Below, piece by piece: positions 16,689-19,159 of a stretch of DNA of 19,159 nt; position 1 is the first letter of the stretch; each line of letters opens with the position of its first letter. The stretch lies in assembly GCA_009103225.1 (NCBI GenBank), contig RHPI01003124.1:485934-505092 (forward strand). Direction: 5' to 3'. Source of the DNA: Chlorokybus atmophyticus (taxonomy: Eukaryota; Plantae; Mesostigma and Chlorokybus algae). The notes beneath the pieces are model-generated. The model was not told the origin of the DNA, did not search any database, and saw only the letters and a list, made by a program, of their open reading frames with translations. The translations under genes were made by a program, and so were the position numbers.

Positions 16689-18229
16689 CGTCGCAAATTT
16701 TACACCCTGACTCACCAGGGACTGAAGGACTGTGGGGTGCCTGACCCAGACTGACCCTAACTGACCTATCGGATAGGTTCATGAAGGGACTTATGGGACG
16801 GCCGTTACTACTAAGCAACAGCCGATGACGGCCAGCCGCCGGCCGATAAGTATTCACGACGGTGGCCTGCCTGCAGTGGCAAGCACGTGACTATACCACG
16901 TTTTTACTGTGACGGCCGACCGCCAGTCGTCTATTGTGCGCGGCGGCAGCCTACCTGTTGCTTATCAATGATGATAAGCAAGTGACCGGCCGTCCCTCGC
17001 CGCGTGTTTAATGTGACGGTTGACCGCCGGTCGTCCACTTAGCGCGGCGATAACCTGCCAGTTGCTTATCAATAATGATAAGCAAGTGACCGGCCGTCCC
17101 GGCTCGGCGGCGAGCAATGCCGGTATTACCTTTAAATCGGACGGTGACACGATGCGATTGGCGTACTGTAATGGTACAACGCTCGAATGTACCATTCAAA
17201 TGTGACCATAATAGTAAGATAGTTCCATTGTCTGACACAATGGCATCGGCGTACCATTCAAATGGTACGCCGGTGCCATCGTATCACCTCGTTTGAATCA
17301 CTTGGGCTGCCCCAAGTGATTCAAAAGCTCAACGGCTTCAAGTGGAGACTGTTCAACCAGTTGCTGGGCGGCGGCGGCGGCGGTGGTGGCGGCGGCGGCG
17401 GTGGCGGTGGCAATGGCCAATAGTAAGCTTGTTTGCTATATGCTATGACGCTTGGTATGGGCAGTGGCGCATGCAACCTAACCGCCCTTCCTTGTTGCCT
17501 CAGGGCGGTCAGCCCAGGCCAGGCCAGGCCAGGCGCGGCGGCGGCGGCGGCGGTACATGGTAAGGGGCAGCATCTGAGTGCATATGTTGTATATGTTGCT
17601 GTTGATGGCATTTGTTTGATTCAACAGCTTGCATGCTTTCCAGGAGCGGCGGCGGAGGTGGAGCGCGGTGCAGTGAGCGCAGGAGCGGCGACTTAGTCTA
17701 CTAGTTTAAGGCCTTAGTATACTAGATTGGTAGTAGCAGCTCAGTAGTGTACAATGTGGCATAGTGGTATGACTTGCAATGTCTTTTCTTTATCATCTTT
17801 TTAATCATTTTATTTTATAACGCCGTCTTTCACAGTTGATGCGAGGTATTTAATGATGACTACACATCAATGACAGGTACCTGTAGCGGTACCCTTCTGT
17901 AACGGCAAGTACCTTGAAGGTACCATAAGGTACCTGTCAATCACACTTACTTAGTGTACAGTTGCCGGTACCTAACTGATAGGTACCGGTTAATTACCTA
18001 CTAGTTAGGTTAAGTCCCTTTTACCTGACTGATGGGTACCTTACAGGTACCTGTCAGTCTAGGTTAGTTCTTTTATTAAGACGGCCGCCGACTGATGGTG
18101 ACGGCCGTTATACTCAGGTCTCTGTATTGAGATTAAGGTGGACTGAGGTACGACAGTCTAAATGAGTATCCTCAGGTGCACGGCCGTTGCTAATATTTAA
18201 TCGGCCGGCAGGAGGAACATTTTGCGACG
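16689..18229. mobile_element. Non-autonomous TIR DNA transposon (1541 bp, 9-bp TIR CGTCGCAAA, 2-bp TSD CT); CACTA/CMC-like by inference
   Basis: Removing it and one CT copy restores Copia ...ASTT-EAEYM.... ACGGCCG motifs recur near both ends. No transposase ORF. Confidence 0.88.
17367..17411. repeat. (GGC/GGT)n trinucleotide repeat inside the TIR element
   Basis: GGCGGCGGCGGCGGCGGTGGTGGC... run; a shorter CCAGG and GGC run follows at about 17514-17552. Confidence 0.9.
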
Positions 18230-18231
18230 CT

Positions 18232-19159
18232 GTTGTAGATGCTGCTGTTGTTGGCTGCAGCCTGCTGTTCCAGCTCACCACACCTCCGTTCAGCTTGAAG
18301 ACGTAGCCTGTAGTGGACCTCCTGCTGTTGAGGTCACCAGCAAAGTCCGAGTCGCAGTAGCCCTCCAACTCAATGCTCCCGCTCCCAAACTTAATGCCAA
18401 CTGTTGCGCTCCCAGCAACATACCGTAGTACTCCCTTCGCTGCTCTCCAGTGCTCCATGCTCGGTGCAGACATGTAGCAAGCAAGTACTCCCACAGCATG
18501 TGCAACATCGGGACGTGTGCACACTGCCAGATAGAGCATGCTGCCTACCAGCTCACCATATGGATACAGAGCCTTGTCGAGTACGTCCTCATCCTTTGCC
18601 TTGATAAGGGCAGTGCCAAGTGCCAACGATGTGGTCTTGGTCTTCGCTTCAGTGAGCCCCAACTTGGTGACGAGTCTTCTCACCATCTGCTCCTGACTGA
18701 TCTTGATTGTGCGAGCAGCCCTGTCGCACTCAATCACCATGCCAAGGAACCACTTGGCCTCTCCAAGATCACGGACTGAGAATGCTTGCTGTAGAGCAAG
18801 TTTCGTCTCCTGCAGGTGGTGCACCTGTCTGGCGGTGATGATGATATCATCAACATACACGAGCAGCCAGATCTTGCTGTGTGCATGGATGAAGAGCCCA
18901 GGGTCTGCAGAGGATGCGGTGAAGCCAAGTGCCTCCAGCTCCTTGGTGAGCTTGATGTGCCACATACGCGGTGCCTGTCGCAGCCCGTACAGTGCCTTGA
19001 TCAGCTTGCACGATGTGCCTCTCTCCCCTTCTTTATATCCAGGTGGTTGCTCGATGAAGATCTCCTCTTCCAGTTCTCCGTAGAGGAAGGCAGTCTTCAC
19101 ATCCAAGTGATGCAGCTCTAGGTCTTCAGCAGCAACCATAGCTAGCAGTGCACGGAAGG
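18232..19159 (-). CDS. pol: Copia reverse transcriptase and RNase H N-terminal part (open to the window edge, truncated by the TIR insertion)
   Basis: HLDVKTAFLYGELEEEIFIEQPPGY, KALYGLRQAPRMW, LVYVDDIII, YCDSDFAGD and RRSTTGYVF. The last ~39 aa of the supplied ORF (18114-18231) are read-through into the insertion. Confidence 0.96.

Larger units (their letters stand above)
15900..19159 (-). mobile_element. Ty1/Copia LTR retrotransposon, 3' portion (continues beyond the window), interrupted by a TIR element
   Basis: Copia-type RT and RNase H, then a PPT and a 422-bp TGTTGA...TCAACA LTR candidate. Confidence 0.95.

Noticed and set aside
16958-17085. Bacterial operator (Fur-box-like) reading of the TTATCA-N-TGATAA dyads
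   Set aside because: The context is a eukaryotic transposon interior with no bacterial genes or promoter nearby.
17321-17696. Poly-Pro, poly-Ala and poly-Arg ORFs
   Set aside because: They are translations of GGC/GGT microsatellites. A captured gene fragment cannot be excluded but has no support here.
16688-18230. Helitron interpretation of the nested insertion
   Set aside because: It could be read as starting with TC, but there is no CTRR 3' end and no A|T target, whereas TIRs and a 2-bp TSD are present.
551-19159. All four retroelements lie on the minus strand
   Set aside because: Four elements share an orientation by chance 1 time in 8, which is too weak to claim a bias.

Overview
Eukaryotic, transposon-dense window, most likely from a green alga (inferred from element types, GC content and intron style). 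It contains five mobile elements. (1) A full-length 6048-bp Ty3/Gypsy chromovirus on the minus strand (551-6598) with 671/672-bp LTRs, a CTTTA target-site duplication, an iMet-type PBS, a PPT, gag, a -1 frameshift into pol, and one in-frame TAG just before the integrase-chromodomain. (2) A 508-bp TRIM (6645-7152) with identical 80-bp LTRs and a GACAG TSD. Elements 1 and 2 sit 36 bp apart in the same ~57-bp minisatellite. (3) The most unusual feature: a 4177-bp Gag-protease-only retroelement (7770-11946) with split direct repeats (A1-ORF-B1-A2-B2). It has no TSD, a PPT, a 14-nt self-complementary primer-binding site, and ends that map to a palindromic CA-GC-TG site inside its own repeat. It interrupts a spliced host pseudogene. 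(4) The 3' part of a Ty1/Copia element (15900 to beyond the window end, minus strand). (5) A 1541-bp non-coding TIR element with a 2-bp TSD and many hairpins, inserted into the Copia RNase H. All alignments were done by eye; no database search was run.
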